A stretch of DNA of 64,000 nucleotides, taken from NCBI GenBank assembly GCA_965235115.1, contig OZ249436.1:51400001-51464000 (forward strand), in the 5' to 3' direction. The position numbers were made by a program, and so were the translations under genes. Under the pieces are notes generated by a model. That model saw nothing but the letters and a program-made list of their open reading frames with translations. It was not told the DNA's origin and ran no database searches. Shown here piece after piece: positions 12,978-25,546 of this stretch (its first letter is position 1; the number at the start of each line of letters is the position of its first letter). The stretch is from Laetmonice hystrix (Eukaryota).

Positions 12978-13243
12978 TAATTTTTCCTAATCGCAGTGGG
13001 ATTCCATTTTCTAACTGGATTTCTTTCAATATCTATAAAATATATAGAGGAAGCTCTTGCCAGAGTCAGACAGAGGAAGGCTCTGCTGATCACCTCTTAC
13101 GTCCCTCTGAAAATATTCTAATTACGTTGACGCTGAGTCAATCAGCTTAGGGTTAAGGCTAAATTGCAGCCACGCTTTGGAAATAGCCATGATTCAAATA
13201 AAGACTCCGTCACCGAGTAGGGCCCCCGTATCTATCCTGAAGC

Positions 13244-13315
13244 GGTTCCGTGGTGTAACGGTTAGCACTCAGGACTCTGAATCCTGCGATTCTAGTTCAA
13301 ATCTCGGCAGAACCT
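13244..13315 (+). tRNA. tRNA-Gln(CTG), allele B (possible pseudogene)
   Basis: TTCTAG / CAGAACC variant. Confidence 0.75.
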
Positions 13316-13824
13316 AAAAGTAATCTTTTTCAAGATTTTTGAAAAAAATATTTGAAGTAGTAATTCCACGAGTTAAATGTTCACGCTCATCTCCCTAGAT
13401 GAAATAACACTTTCCATAAATAAATGTCTGAAATTGTGATAACAGATTGATGGTCCAGGATTATATCAGTGGTAGGGAATGAAAACATAGACGCACAAAA
13501 CCGACATGAAAAGAAGAAAATAAGAGGTGCAATACCATAACTTGGTACCTATGGAAACTGTAATTAACTTGTCTCTGTGGAGCAATCGGCTATCGCGTTA
13601 GGGTCACAATCTATTGTTGAGGTCTTTTTAATGCAGGGTGTTCCTTATAACGTCAGGAAGACCATAACTTGGTACCTATGGCACAATTAGATAACTTGTC
13701 TCTGTGGCGCAATCGGCTATCGCGTTAGGGTCACAATCTATTGTTGAGGTCTTTTTAATGCAGGGTGTTCCTTATAACGTCAGGAAGACCATAACTTGGT
13801 ACCTATGGCACAATTAGATAACTT

Positions 13825-13898
13825 GTCTCTGTGGCGCAATCGGCTAGCGCGTTAGACTGTTAATCTAAAGGTTGGTGGTTCGAGCCCACCCAGGGACT
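13825..13898 (+). tRNA. tRNA-Asn(GTT)
   Basis: consensus copy. Confidence 0.96.
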
Positions 13899-14164
13899 TA
13901 ATTTTTCCTAATCGCAGTGGGATTCCATTTTCTAACTGGATTTCTTTCAATATCTCTAAAATATATAGAGGAAGCTCCTGCCAGAGTCAGACCGAGGAAG
14001 GCTCTGCTGATCACCTCTTACGTCCCTCTGAAAATATTCTAATAAAGTTGACGCTCAGTCAATCAGCTTAGGGCTAAGGCTAAATTGCAGCCACGCTTTG
14101 GAAATAGCCATGATTCAAATAAAGAATCCGTCACCGAGTAGGGCCCCCGTCTCTATCCTGAAGC

Positions 14165-14236
14165 GGTTCCGTGGTGTAACGGTTAGCACTCAGGACTCTG
14201 AATCCTACGATCCGAGTTCAAATCTCGGCGGAACCT
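14165..14236 (+). tRNA. tRNA-Gln(CTG), anticodon-stem G>A variant
   Basis: TCCTA instead of TCCTG. Confidence 0.85.
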
Positions 14237-14872
14237 AAGGGTAATCTTTTTTACGATTTTTGAAAAAAATATTTGAAGTAGTAATTTCAATAGTTAAATG
14301 TTCACGCTCATCTCCCTAGATGAAATAACACTTTCCATAAATAAATGTCTGAAATTGTGATAACAGATTGATGGTCCAGGATTATATCAGTGGTAGGGAA
14401 TGAAAACATAGACGCACAAAACCGACATGAAAAGAAGAAAATAAGAGGTGCAATACCATAACTTAGTACCTATGGAAACTGTAATTAACTTGTCTCTGTG
14501 GAGCAATCGGCTATCGCGTTAGGGTCACAATCTATTGTTGAGGTTTTTTTAATGCAGGGTGTTCCTTATAACGTCAGCAAGACCATAATTTGGTACCTAT
14601 GGCACAATTAGATAACTTGTCTCTGTGGCGCAATCGGCTATCGCGTTAGGGTCACAATCTATTGTTGAGGTCTTTTTAATGCAGGGTGTTCCTTATAACG
14701 TCAGGAAGAGCATAGGTTGGTACCGATGGCACAATTAGATAACTTGTCTCTGTGGCGCAATCGGCTATCGCGTTAGGGTCACAATCTATTGTTGAGGTCT
14801 TTTTAATGCAGGGTGTTCCTTATAAAGTCAGGAAGAGCATATGTTGGTACCGATGGCACAATTAGATAAATT

Positions 14873-14946
14873 GTCTCTGTGGCGCAATGGGCTAGCGCGT
14901 TAGACTGTTAATCTAAAGGTTGGTGGTTCGAGCCCACCCAGGGACT
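14873..14946 (+). tRNA. tRNA-Asn(GTT), D-loop C>G variant
   Basis: GCAATGGGCT. Confidence 0.9.
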
Positions 14947-15212
14947 TAATTTTTCCTAATCGCAGTGGGATTCCATTTTCTAACTGGATTTCTTTCAATA
15001 TCTATAAAATATATAGAGGAAGCTCTTGCCAGAGTCAGACAGAGGAAGGCTCTGCTGATCACCTCTTACGTCCCTCTGAAAATATTCTAATTACGTTGAC
15101 GCTGAGTCAATCAGCTTAGGGTTAAGGCTAAATTGCAGCCACGCTTTGGAAATAGCCATGATTCAAATAAAGACTCCGTCACCGAGTAGGGCCCCCGTAT
15201 CTATCCTGAAGC

Positions 15213-15284
15213 GGTTCCGTGGTGTAACGGTTAGCACTCAGGACTCTGAATACTGCGATTCTAGTTCAAATCTCGGCAGAACCT
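15213..15284 (+). tRNA. tRNA-Gln(CTG), allele B with an extra anticodon-stem mismatch (likely pseudogene)
   Basis: TACTG plus TTCTAG / CAGAACC. Confidence 0.7.
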
Positions 15285-15793
15285 AAAAGTAATCTTTTTC
15301 AAGATTTTTGAAAAAAATATTTGAAGTAGTAATTTCAATAGTTAAATGTTCACGCTCATCTCCCTAGATGAAATAACACTTTCCATAAATAAATGTCTGA
15401 AATTGTGATAACAGATTGATGGTCCAGGATTATATCAGTGGTAGGGAATGAAAACATAGACGCACAAAACCGACATGAAAAGAAGAAAATAAAAGGTGCA
15501 ATACCATAACTTGGTACCTTTGGAAACTGTAATTAACTTGTCTCTGTGGAGCAATGGGCTATCGCGTTAGGGTCACAATCTATTGTTGAGGTCTTTTTAA
15601 TGCAGGGTGTTCCTTATAACGTCAGGAAGACCATAACTTGGTACCTATGGCACAATTAGATAACTTGTCTCTGTGGCGCAATCGGCTATCGCGTTAGGGT
15701 CACAATCTATTGTTGAGGTCTTTTTAATGCAGGGTGTTCCTTATAACGTCAGGAAGACCATAACTTGGTACCTATGGCACAATTAGATAACTT

Positions 15794-15867
15794 GTCTCTG
15801 TGGCGCAATCGGCTAGCGCGTTAGACTGTTAATCTAAAGGTTGGTGGTTCGAGCCCACCCAGGGACT
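15794..15867 (+). tRNA. tRNA-Asn(GTT)
   Basis: consensus copy. Confidence 0.96.
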
Positions 15868-16133
15868 TAATTTTTCCTAATCGCAGTGGGATTCCATTTT
15901 CTAACTGGATTTATTTCAATATCTATAAAATATATAGAGGAAGCTCTTGCCAGAGTCAGACAGAGGAAGGCTCTGCTGATCACCTCTTACGTCCCTCTGA
16001 AAATATTCTAATTACGTTGACGCTGAGTCAATCAGCTTAAGGCTAAGGCTAAATTGCAGCCACGCTTTGGAAATAGCCATGATTCAAATAAAGAATCCGT
16101 CACCGAGTAGGGCCCCCGTATCTATCCTGAAGC

Positions 16134-16205
16134 GGTTCCGTGGTGTAACGGTTAGCACTCAGGACTCTGAATCCTGCGATCCGAGTTGAAATCTCGGCGG
16201 AACCT
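16134..16205 (+). tRNA. tRNA-Gln(CTG), B-box C56>G (likely inactive)
   Basis: GAGTTGAAATC. Confidence 0.75.
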
Positions 16206-16717
16206 AAGGGTAATCTTTTTTACGATTTTTGAAAAAAAAAATATTTGAAGTAGTAATTTCAATACTTAAATGTTCACGCTCATCTCCCTAGATGAAATAA
16301 CACTTTCCATAAATAAATGTCTGAAATTGTGATAACAGATTGATGGTCCAGGATTATATCAGTGGTAGGGAATGAAAACATAGACGCACAAAACCGACAT
16401 GAAAAGAAAAAAATAAAAGGTGCAATACCATAACTTGGTACCTATTGAAACTGTAATTAACTTGTCTCTGTGGCGCAATCGGCTATCGCGTTAGGGTCAC
16501 AATCTATTGTTGAGGTCTTTTTAATGCAGGGTGTTCCTTATAACGTCAGGAAGACCATAACTTGGTACCTATGGCACAATGAGATAACTTGTCTCTGTGG
16601 CGCAATCGGCTATCGCGTTAGGGTCACAATCTATTGTTGAGGTCTTTTTAATGCAGGGTGTTCCTTATAACGTCAGGAAGAGCATAAGTTTGTACCGATG
16701 GCACAATTAGATAACTT

Positions 16718-16791
16718 GTCTCTGTGGCGCAATCGGCTAGCGCGTTAGACTGTTAATCTAAAGGTTGGTGGTTTGAGCCCACCCAGGGACT
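16718..16791 (+). tRNA. tRNA-Asn(GTT), B-box C56>T (likely inactive)
   Basis: GGTTTGAGCC. Confidence 0.75.
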
Positions 16792-17057
16792 TAATTTTTC
16801 CTAATCGCAGTGGGATTCCATTTTCTAACTGGATTTCTTTCAATATCTCTAAAATATATAGAGGAAGCTCCTGCCAGAGTCAGACCGAGGAAGGCTCTGC
16901 TGATCACCTCTTACGTCCCTCTGAAAATATTCTAATAAAGTTGACGCTCAGTCAATCAGCTTGAGGCTAAGGCTAAATTGCAGCCACGCTTTGGAAATAG
17001 CCATGATTCAAATAAAGAATCCGTCACCGAGTAGGGCCCCCGTCTCTATCCTGAAGC

Positions 17058-17129
17058 GGTTCCGTGGTGTAACGGTTAGCACTCAGGACTCTGAATCCTG
17101 CGATCCGAGTTCAAATCTCGGCGGAACCT
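17058..17129 (+). tRNA. tRNA-Gln(CTG)
   Basis: consensus copy. Confidence 0.97.
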
Positions 17130-17638
17130 AAGGGTAATCTTTTTTACGATTTTTGAAAAAAATATTTGAAGTAGTAATTTCAATAGTTAAATGTTCACGC
17201 TCATCTCCCTAGATGAAATAACACTTTCCATAAATAAATGTCTGAAATTGTGATAACAGATTGATGGTCCAGGATTATATCAGTGGTAGGGAATGAACAC
17301 ATAGACGCACAAAACCGACATGAAAAGAAGAAAATAAAAGGTGCAATACCATAACTTGGTACCTATGGAAACTGTAATTAACTTGTCTCTGTGGAGCAAT
17401 CGGCTATCGCGTTAGGGTCACAATCTATTGTTGTGGTCTTTTTAATGCAGGGTGTTCCTTATAACGTCAGGAAGACCATAACTTGGTACCTATGGCACAA
17501 TTAGATAACTTGTCTCTGTGGCGCAATCGGCTATCGCGTTAGGGTCACAATCTATTGTTGAGGTCTTTTTAATGCAGGGTGTTCCTTATAACGTCAGGAA
17601 GAGCATAAGTTTGTACCGATGGCACAATTAGATAACTT

Positions 17639-17712
17639 GTCTCTGTGGCGCAATCGGCTAGCGCGTTAGACTGTTAATCTAAAGGTTGGTGGTTCGAGCC
17701 CACCCAGGGACT
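17639..17712 (+). tRNA. tRNA-Asn(GTT)
   Basis: consensus copy. Confidence 0.96.
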
Positions 17713-17978
17713 TAATTTTTCCTAATCGCAGTGGGATTCCATTTTCTAACTGGATTTCTTTCAATATCTATAAAATATATAGAGGAAGCTCTTGCCAGAG
17801 TCAGACAGAGGAAGGCTCTGCTGATCACCTCTTACGTCCCTCTGAAAATATTCTAATTACGTTGACGCTGAGTCAATCAGCTTAAGGCTAAGGCTAAATT
17901 GCAGCCACGCTTTGGAAATAGCCATGATTCAAATAAAGAATCCGTCACCGAGTAGGGCCCCCGTATCTATCCTGAAGC

Positions 17979-18050
17979 GGTTCCGTGGTGTAACGGTTAG
18001 CACTCAGGACTCTGAATCCTGCGATCCGAGTTCAAATCTCGGCGGAACCT
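17979..18050 (+). tRNA. tRNA-Gln(CTG)
   Basis: consensus copy. Confidence 0.97.
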
Positions 18051-18559
18051 AAGGGTAATCTTTTTTACGATTTTTGAAAAAAATATTTGAAGTAGTAATT
18101 TCAATAGTTAAATGTTCACGCTCATCTCCCTAGATGAAATAACACTTTCCATAAATAAATGTCTGAAATTGTGATAAGAGATTGATGGTCCAGGATTATA
18201 TCAGTGGTAGGGAATGAAAACATAGACGCACAAAACCGACATGAAAAGAAGAAAATAAAAGGTGCAATACCATAACTTGGTACCTATGGAAACTGTAATT
18301 AACTTGTCTCTGTGGAGCAATGGGCTATCGCGTTAGGGTCACAATCTATTGTTGAGGTCTTTTTAATGCAGGGTGTTCCTTATAACGTCAGGAAGACCAT
18401 AACTTGGTACCTATGGCACAATTAGATAACTTGTCTCTGTGGCGCAATCGGCTATCGCGTTAGAGTCACAATCTATTGTTGAGGTCTTTTTAATGCAGGG
18501 TGTTCCTTATAACGTCAGGAAGACCATAACTTGGTACCTATGGCACAATTAGATAACTT

Positions 18560-18633
18560 GTCTCTGTGGCGCAATCGGCTAGCGCGTTAGACTGTTAATC
18601 TAAAGGTTGGTGGTTCGAGCCCACCCAGGGACT
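18560..18633 (+). tRNA. tRNA-Asn(GTT)
   Basis: consensus copy. Confidence 0.96.
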
Positions 18634-18899
18634 TAATTTTTCCTAATCGCAGTGGGATTCCATTTTCTAACTGGATTTCTTTCAATATCTCTAAAATATA
18701 TAGAGGAAGCTCCTGCCAGAGTCAGACCGAGGAAGGCTCTGCTGATCACCTCTTACGTCCCTCTGAAAATATTCTAATAAAGTTGACGCTCAGTCAATCA
18801 GCTTAGGGCTAAGGCTAAATTGCAGCCACGCTTTGGAAATAGCCATGATTCAAATAAAGAATCCGTCACCGAGTAGGGCCCCCGTCTCTATCCTGAAGC

Positions 18900-18971
18900 G
18901 GTTCCGTGGTGTAACGGTTAGCACTCAGGACTCTGAATCCTGCGATCCGAGTTCAAATCTCGGCGGAACCT
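18900..18971 (+). tRNA. tRNA-Gln(CTG)
   Basis: consensus copy. Confidence 0.97.
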
Positions 18972-19480
18972 AAGGGTAATCTTTTTTACGATTTTTGAAA
19001 AAAATATTTGAAGTAGTAATTTCAATAGTTAAATGTTCACGCTCATCTCCCTAGATGAAATAACACTTTCCATAAATAAATGTCTGAAATTGTGATAACA
19101 GATTGATGGTCCAGGATTATATCAGTGGTAGGGAATGAAAACATAGACGCACAAAACCGACATGAAAAGAAGAAAATAAGAGGTGCAATACCATAACTTG
19201 GTACCTATGGAAACTGTAATTAACTTGTCTCTGTGGCGCAATCGGCTATCGCGTTAGGGTCACAATCTATTGTTGAGGTTTTTTTAATGCAGGGTGTTCC
19301 TTATAACGTCAGGAAGACCATAACTTGGTACCTATGGCACAATTAGATAACTTGTCTCTGTGGCGCAATCGGCTATCGCGTTAGGGTCACAATCTATTGT
19401 TGAGGTCTTTTTAATGCAGGGTGTTCCTTATAACGTCAGGAAGAGCATATGTTGGTACCGATGGCACAATTAGATAAATT

Positions 19481-19554
19481 GTCTCTGTGGCGCAATCGGC
19501 TAGCGCGTTAGACTGTTAATCTAAAGGTTGGTGGTTCGAGCCCACCCAGGGACT
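19481..19554 (+). tRNA. tRNA-Asn(GTT)
   Basis: consensus copy. Confidence 0.96.
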
Positions 19555-19820
19555 TAATTTTTCCTAATCGCAGTGGGATTCCATTTTCTAACTGGATTTC
19601 TTTCAATATCTATAAAATATATAGAGGAAGCTCTTGCCAGAGTCAGACCGAGGAAGGTTCTGCTGATCACCTCTTACGTCCCTCTGAAAATATTCTAATA
19701 AAGTTGACGCTCAGTCAATCAGCTTAGGGCTAAGGCTAAATTGCAGCCACGCTTTGGAAATAGCCATGATTCAAATAAAGAATCCGTCACCGAGTAGGGC
19801 CCCCGTCTCTATCCTGAAGC

Positions 19821-19892
19821 GGTTCCGTGGTGTAACGGTTAGCACTCAGGACTCTGAATCCTGCGATCCGAGTTCAAATCTCGGCGGAACCT
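19821..19892 (+). tRNA. tRNA-Gln(CTG)
   Basis: consensus copy. Confidence 0.97.
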
Positions 19893-20401
19893 AAGGGTAA
19901 TCTTTTTTACGATTTTTGAAAAAAATATTTGAAGTAGTAATTTCAATAGTTAAATGTTCACGCTCATCTCCCTAGATGAAATAACACTTTCCATAAATAA
20001 ATGTCTGAAATTGTGATAACAGATTGATGGTCCAGGATTATATCAGTGGTAGGGAATGAAAACATAGACGCACAAAACCGACATGAAAAGAAAAAAATAA
20101 AAGGTGCAATACCATAACTTGGTACCTATGGAAACTGTAATTAACTTGTCTCTGTGGCGCAATCGGCTATCGCGTTAGGGTCACAATCTATTGTTGAGGT
20201 CTTTTTAATGCAGGGTGTTCCTTATAACGTCAGGAAGACCATAACTTGGTACCTATGGCACAATGAGATAACTTGTCTCTGTGGCGCAATCGGCTATCGC
20301 GTTAGGGTCACAATCTCTTGTTGAGGTCTTTTTAATGCAGGGTGTTCCTTATAACGTCAGGAAGACCATAACTTGGTACCTATGGCACAATGAGATAACT
20401 T

Positions 20402-20475
20402 GTCTCTGTGGCGCAATCGGCTAGCGCGTTAGACTGTTAATCTAAAGGTTGGTGGTTCGAGCCCACCCAGGGACT
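20402..20475 (+). tRNA. tRNA-Asn(GTT)
   Basis: consensus copy. Confidence 0.96.
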
Positions 20476-20742
20476 TAATTTTTTCCTAATCGCAGTGGGA
20501 TTCCATTTTCTAACTGGATTTCTTTCAATATCTCTAAAATATATAGAGGAAGCTCCTGCCAGAGTCAGACAGAGGAAGGCTCTGCTGATCACCTCTTACG
20601 TCCCTCTGAAAATATTCTAATAAAGTTGACGCTCAGTCAATCAGCTTAGGGCTAAGGCTAAATTGCAGCCACGCTTTGGAAATAGCCATGATTCAAATAA
20701 AGAATCCGTCACCGAGTAGGGCCCCCGTCTCTATCCTGAAGC

Positions 20743-20814
20743 GGTTCCGTGGTGTAACGGTTAGCACTCAGGACTCTGAATCCTGCGATCCGAGTTCAAA
20801 TCTCGGCGGAACCT
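20743..20814 (+). tRNA. tRNA-Gln(CTG)
   Basis: consensus copy. Confidence 0.97.
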
Positions 20815-21323
20815 AAGGGTAATCTTTTTTACGATTTTTGAAAAAAATATTTGAAGTAGTAATTTCAATAGTTAAATGTTCACGCTCATCTCCCTAGATG
20901 AAATAACACTTTCCATAAATAAATGTCCGAAATTGTGATAACAGATTGATGGTCCAGGATTATATCAGTGGTAGGGAATCAAAACATAGACGCACAAAAC
21001 CGACATGAAAAGAAAAAAATAAAAGGTGCAATACCATAACTTGGTACCTATGGAAACTGTAATTAACTTGTCTCTGTGGCGCAATCGGCTATCGCGTTAG
21101 GGTCACAATCTATTGTTGAGGTCTTTTTAATGCAGGGTGTTCCTTATAACGTCAGGAAGACCATAACTTGGTACCTATGGCACAATGAGATAACTTGTCT
21201 CTGTGGCGCAATCGGCTATCGCGTTAGGGTCACAATCTATTGTTGAGGTCTTTTTAATGCAGGGTGTTCCTTATAACGTCAGGAAGACCATAACTTGGTA
21301 CCTATGGCACAATTAGATAACTT

Positions 21324-21397
21324 GTCTCTGTGGCGCAATCGGCTAGCGCGTTAGACTGTTAATCTAAAGGTTGGTGGTTCGAGCCCACCCAGGGACT
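21324..21397 (+). tRNA. tRNA-Asn(GTT)
   Basis: consensus copy. Confidence 0.96.
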
Positions 21398-21663
21398 TAA
21401 TTTTTCCTAATCGCAGTGGGATTCCATTTTCTAACTGGATTTCTTTCAATATCTCTAAAATATATAGAGGAAGCTCCTGCCAGAGTCAGACCAAGGAAGG
21501 CTCTGCTGATCACCTCTTACGTCCCTCTGAAAATATTCTAATAAAGTTGACGCTCAGTCAATCAGCTTAGGGCTAAGGCTAAATTTCAGCCACGCTTTGG
21601 AAATAGCCATGATTCAAATAAAGAATCCGTCACCGAGTAGGGCCCCCGTCTCTATCCTGAAGC

Positions 21664-21735
21664 GGTTCCGTGGTGTAACGGTTAGCACTCAGGACTCTGA
21701 ATCCTGCAATCCGAGTTCAAATCTCGGCGGAACCT
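21664..21735 (+). tRNA. tRNA-Gln(CTG), variable-loop G>A variant
   Basis: CCTGCAATCC. Confidence 0.9.
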
Positions 21736-22244
21736 AAGGGTAATCTTTTTTACGATTTTTGAAAAAAATATTTGAAGTAGTAATTTCAATAGTTAAATGT
21801 TCACGCTCATCTCCCTAGATGAAATAACACTTTCCATAAATAAATGTCCGAAATTGTGATAACAGATTGATGGTCCAGGATTATATCAGTGGTAGGGAAT
21901 CAAAACATAGACGCACAAAACCGACATGAAAAGAAAAAAATAAAAGGTGCAATACCATAACTTGGTACCTATGGAAACTGTAATTAACTTGTCTCTGTGG
22001 AGCAATCGGCTATCGCGTTAGGGTCACAATCTATTGTTGAGGTCTTTTTAATGCAGGGTGTTCCTTATAACGTCAGGAAGAGCATAATTTGGTACCTATG
22101 GCACAATTAGATAACTTGTCTCTGTGGCGCAATCGGCTATCGCGTTAGGGTCACAATCTATTGTTGAGGTCTTTTTAATGCAGGGTGTTCCTTATAAAGT
22201 CAGGAAGAGCATATGTTGGTACCGATGGCACAATTAGCTAAATT

Positions 22245-22318
22245 GTCTCTGTGGCGCAATCGGCTAGCGCGTTAGACTGTTAATCTAAAGGTTGGTGGTT
22301 CGAGCCCACCCAGGGACT
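22245..22318 (+). tRNA. tRNA-Asn(GTT)
   Basis: consensus copy. Confidence 0.96.
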
Positions 22319-22584
22319 TAATTTTTCCTAATCGCAGTGGGATTCCATTTTCTAACTGGATTTCTTTCAATATCTATAAAATATATAGAGGAAGCTCTTG
22401 CCAGAGTCAGACAGAGGAAGGCTCTGCTGATCACCTCTTACGTCCCTCTGAAAATATTCTAATTACGTTGACGCTGAGTCAATCAGCTTAGGGTTAAGGC
22501 TAAATTGCAGCCACGCTTTGGAAATAGCCATGATTCAAATAAAGACTCCGTCACCGAGTAGGGCCCCCGTATCTATCCTGAAGC

Positions 22585-22656
22585 GGTTCCGTGGTGTAAC
22601 GGTTAGCACTCAGGACTCGGAATCCTGCGATTCTAGTTCAAATCTCGGCAGAACCT
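22585..22656 (+). tRNA. tRNA-Gln-derived allele B with anticodon CGG (nominally Pro; probable pseudogene)
   Basis: CAGGA-CT-CGG-AA-TCCTG, anticodon at 22618-22620, plus the allele B mismatches. Confidence 0.7.
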
Positions 22657-23165
22657 AAAAGTAATCTTTTTCAAGATTTTTGAAAAAAATATTTGAAGTA
22701 GTAATTCCACGAGTTAAATGTTCACGCTCATCTCCCTAGATGAAATAACACTTTCCATAAATAAATGTCTGAAATTGTGATAACAGATTGATGGTCCAGG
22801 ATTATATCAGTGGTAGGGAATGAAAACATAGACGCACAAAACCGACATGAAAAGAAGAAAATAAGAGGTGCAATACCATAACTTGGTACCTATGGAAACT
22901 GTAATTAACTTGTCTCTGTGGAGCAATCGGCTATCGCGTTAGGGTCACAATCTATTGTTGAGGTCTTTTTAATGCAGGGTGTTCCTTATAACGTCAGGAA
23001 GACCATAACTTGGTACCTATGGCACAATTAGATAACTTGTCTCTGTGGCGCAATCGGCTATCGCGTTAGGGTCACAATCTATTGTTGAGGTCTTTTTAAT
23101 GCAGGGTGTTCCTTATAACGTCAGGAAGACCATAACTTGGTACCTATGGCACAATTAGATAACTT

Positions 23166-23239
23166 GTCTCTGTGGCGCAATCGGCTAGCGCGTTAGACTG
23201 TTAATCTAAAGGTTGGTGGTTCGAGCCCACCCAGGGACT
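23166..23239 (+). tRNA. tRNA-Asn(GTT)
   Basis: consensus copy. Confidence 0.96.
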
Positions 23240-23505
23240 TAATTTTTCCTAATCGCAGTGGGATTCCATTTTCTAACTGGATTTCTTTCAATATCTCTAA
23301 AATATATAGAGGAAGCTCCTGCCAGAGTCAGACCGAGGAAGGCTCTGCTGATCACCTCTTACGTCCCTCTGAAAATATTCTAATAAAGTTGACGCTCAGT
23401 CAATCAGCTTAGGGCTAAGGCTAAATTGCAGCCACGCTTTGGAAATAGCCATGATTCAAATAAAGAATCCGTCACCGAGTAGGGCCCCCGTCTCTATCCT
23501 GAAGC

Positions 23506-23577
23506 GGTTCCGTGGTGTAACGGTTAGCACTCAGGACTCTGAATCCTACGATCCGAGTTCAAATCTCGGCGGAACCT
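23506..23577 (+). tRNA. tRNA-Gln(CTG), anticodon-stem G>A variant
   Basis: as 14165. Confidence 0.85.
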
Positions 23578-24213
23578 AAGGGTAATCTTTTTTACGATTT
23601 TTGAAAAAAATATTTGAAGTAGTAATTTCAATAGTTAAATGTTCACGCTCATCTCCCTAGATGAAATAACACTTTCCATAAATAAATGTCTGAAATTGTG
23701 ATAACAGATTGATGGTCCAGGATTATATCAGTGGTAGGGAATGAAAACATAGACGCACAAAACCGACATGAAAAGAAGAAAATAAGAGGTGCAATACCAT
23801 AACTTAGTACCTATGGAAACTGTAATTAACTTGTCTCTGTGGAGCAATCGGCTATCGCGTTAGGGTCACAATCTATTGTTGAGGTTTTTTTAATGCAGGG
23901 TGTTCCTTATAACGTCAGCAAGACCATAATTTGGTACCTATGGCACAATTAGATAACTTGTCTCTGTGGCGCAATCGGCTATCGCGTTAGGGTCACAATC
24001 TATTGTTGAGGTCTTTTTAATGCAGGGTGTTCCTTATAACGTCAGGAAGAGCATAGGTTGGTACCGATGGCACAATTAGATAACTTGTCTCTGTGGCGCA
24101 ATCGGCTATCGCGTTAGGGTCACAATCTATTGTTGAGGTCTTTTTAATGCAGGGTGTTCCTTATAAAGTCAGGAAGAGCATATGTTGGTACCGATGGCAC
24201 AATTAGATAAATT

Positions 24214-24287
24214 GTCTCTGTGGCGCAATGGGCTAGCGCGTTAGACTGTTAATCTAAAGGTTGGTGGTTCGAGCCCACCCAGGGACT
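24214..24287 (+). tRNA. tRNA-Asn(GTT), D-loop C>G variant
   Basis: as 14873. Confidence 0.9.
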
Positions 24288-24553
24288 TAATTTTTCCTAA
24301 TCGCAGTGGGATTCCATTTTCTAACTGGATTTCTTTCAATATCTATAAAATATATAGAGGAAGCTCTTGCCAGAGTCAGACAGAGGAAGGCTCTGCTGAT
24401 CACCTCTTACGTCCCTCTGAAAATATTCTAATTACGTTGACGCTGAGTCAATCAGCTTAGGGTTAAGGCTAAATTGCAGCCACGCTTTGGAAATAGCCAT
24501 GATTCAAATAAAGACTCCGTCACCGAGTAGGGCCCCCGTATCTATCCTGAAGC

Positions 24554-24625
24554 GGTTCCGTGGTGTAACGGTTAGCACTCAGGACTCTGAATACTGCGAT
24601 TCTAGTTCAAATCTCGGCAGAACCT
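24554..24625 (+). tRNA. tRNA-Gln(CTG), allele B with an extra anticodon-stem mismatch (likely pseudogene)
   Basis: as 15213. Confidence 0.7.
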
Positions 24626-25134
24626 AAAAGTAATCTTTTTCAAGATTTTTGAAAAAAATATTTGAAGTAGTAATTTCAATAGTTAAATGTTCACGCTCAT
24701 CTCCCTAGATGAAATAACACTTTCCATAAATAAATGTCTGAAATTGTGATAACAGATTGATGGTCCAGGATTATATCAGTGGTAGGGAATGAAAACATAG
24801 ACGCACAAAACCGACATGAAAAGAAGAAAATAAAAGGTGCAATACCATAACTTGGTACCTTTGGAAACTGTAATTAACTTGTCTCTGTGGAGCAATGGGC
24901 TATCGCGTTAGGGTCACAATCTATTGTTGAGGTCTTTTTAATGCAGGGTGTTCCTTATAACGTCAGGAAGACCATAACTTGGTACCTATGGCACAATTAG
25001 ATAACTTGTCTCTGTGGCGCAATCGGCTATCGCGTTAGGGTCACAATCTATTGTTGAGGTCTTTTTAATGCAGGGTGTTCCTTATAACGTCAGGAAGACC
25101 ATAACTTGGTACCTATGGCACAATTAGATAACTT

Positions 25135-25208
25135 GTCTCTGTGGCGCAATCGGCTAGCGCGTTAGACTGTTAATCTAAAGGTTGGTGGTTCGAGCCCACC
25201 CAGGGACT
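25135..25208 (+). tRNA. tRNA-Asn(GTT)
   Basis: consensus copy. Confidence 0.96.
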
Positions 25209-25474
25209 TAATTTTTCCTAATCGCAGTGGGATTCCATTTTCTAACTGGATTTATTTCAATATCTATAAAATATATAGAGGAAGCTCTTGCCAGAGTCAG
25301 ACAGAGGAAGGCTCTGCTGATCACCTCTTACGTCCCTCTGAAAATATTCTAATTACGTTGACGCTGAGTCAATCAGCTTAAGGCTAAGGCTAAATTGCAG
25401 CCACGCTTTGGAAATAGCCATGATTCAAATAAAGAATCCGTCACCGAGTAGGGCCCCCGTATCTATCCTGAAGC

Positions 25475-25546
25475 GGTTCCGTGGTGTAACGGTTAGCACT
25501 CAGGACTCTGAATCCTGCGATCCGAGTTGAAATCTCGGCGGAACCT
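25475..25546 (+). tRNA. tRNA-Gln(CTG), B-box C56>G (likely inactive)
   Basis: as 16134. Confidence 0.75.

Noticed and set aside
16773..16964. 63-aa ORF duplicated at 26114..26305
   Set aside because: It starts at a TTG created by the B-box mutation of a tRNA-Asn copy and runs through array spacer. It only marks the 9341-bp duplication.
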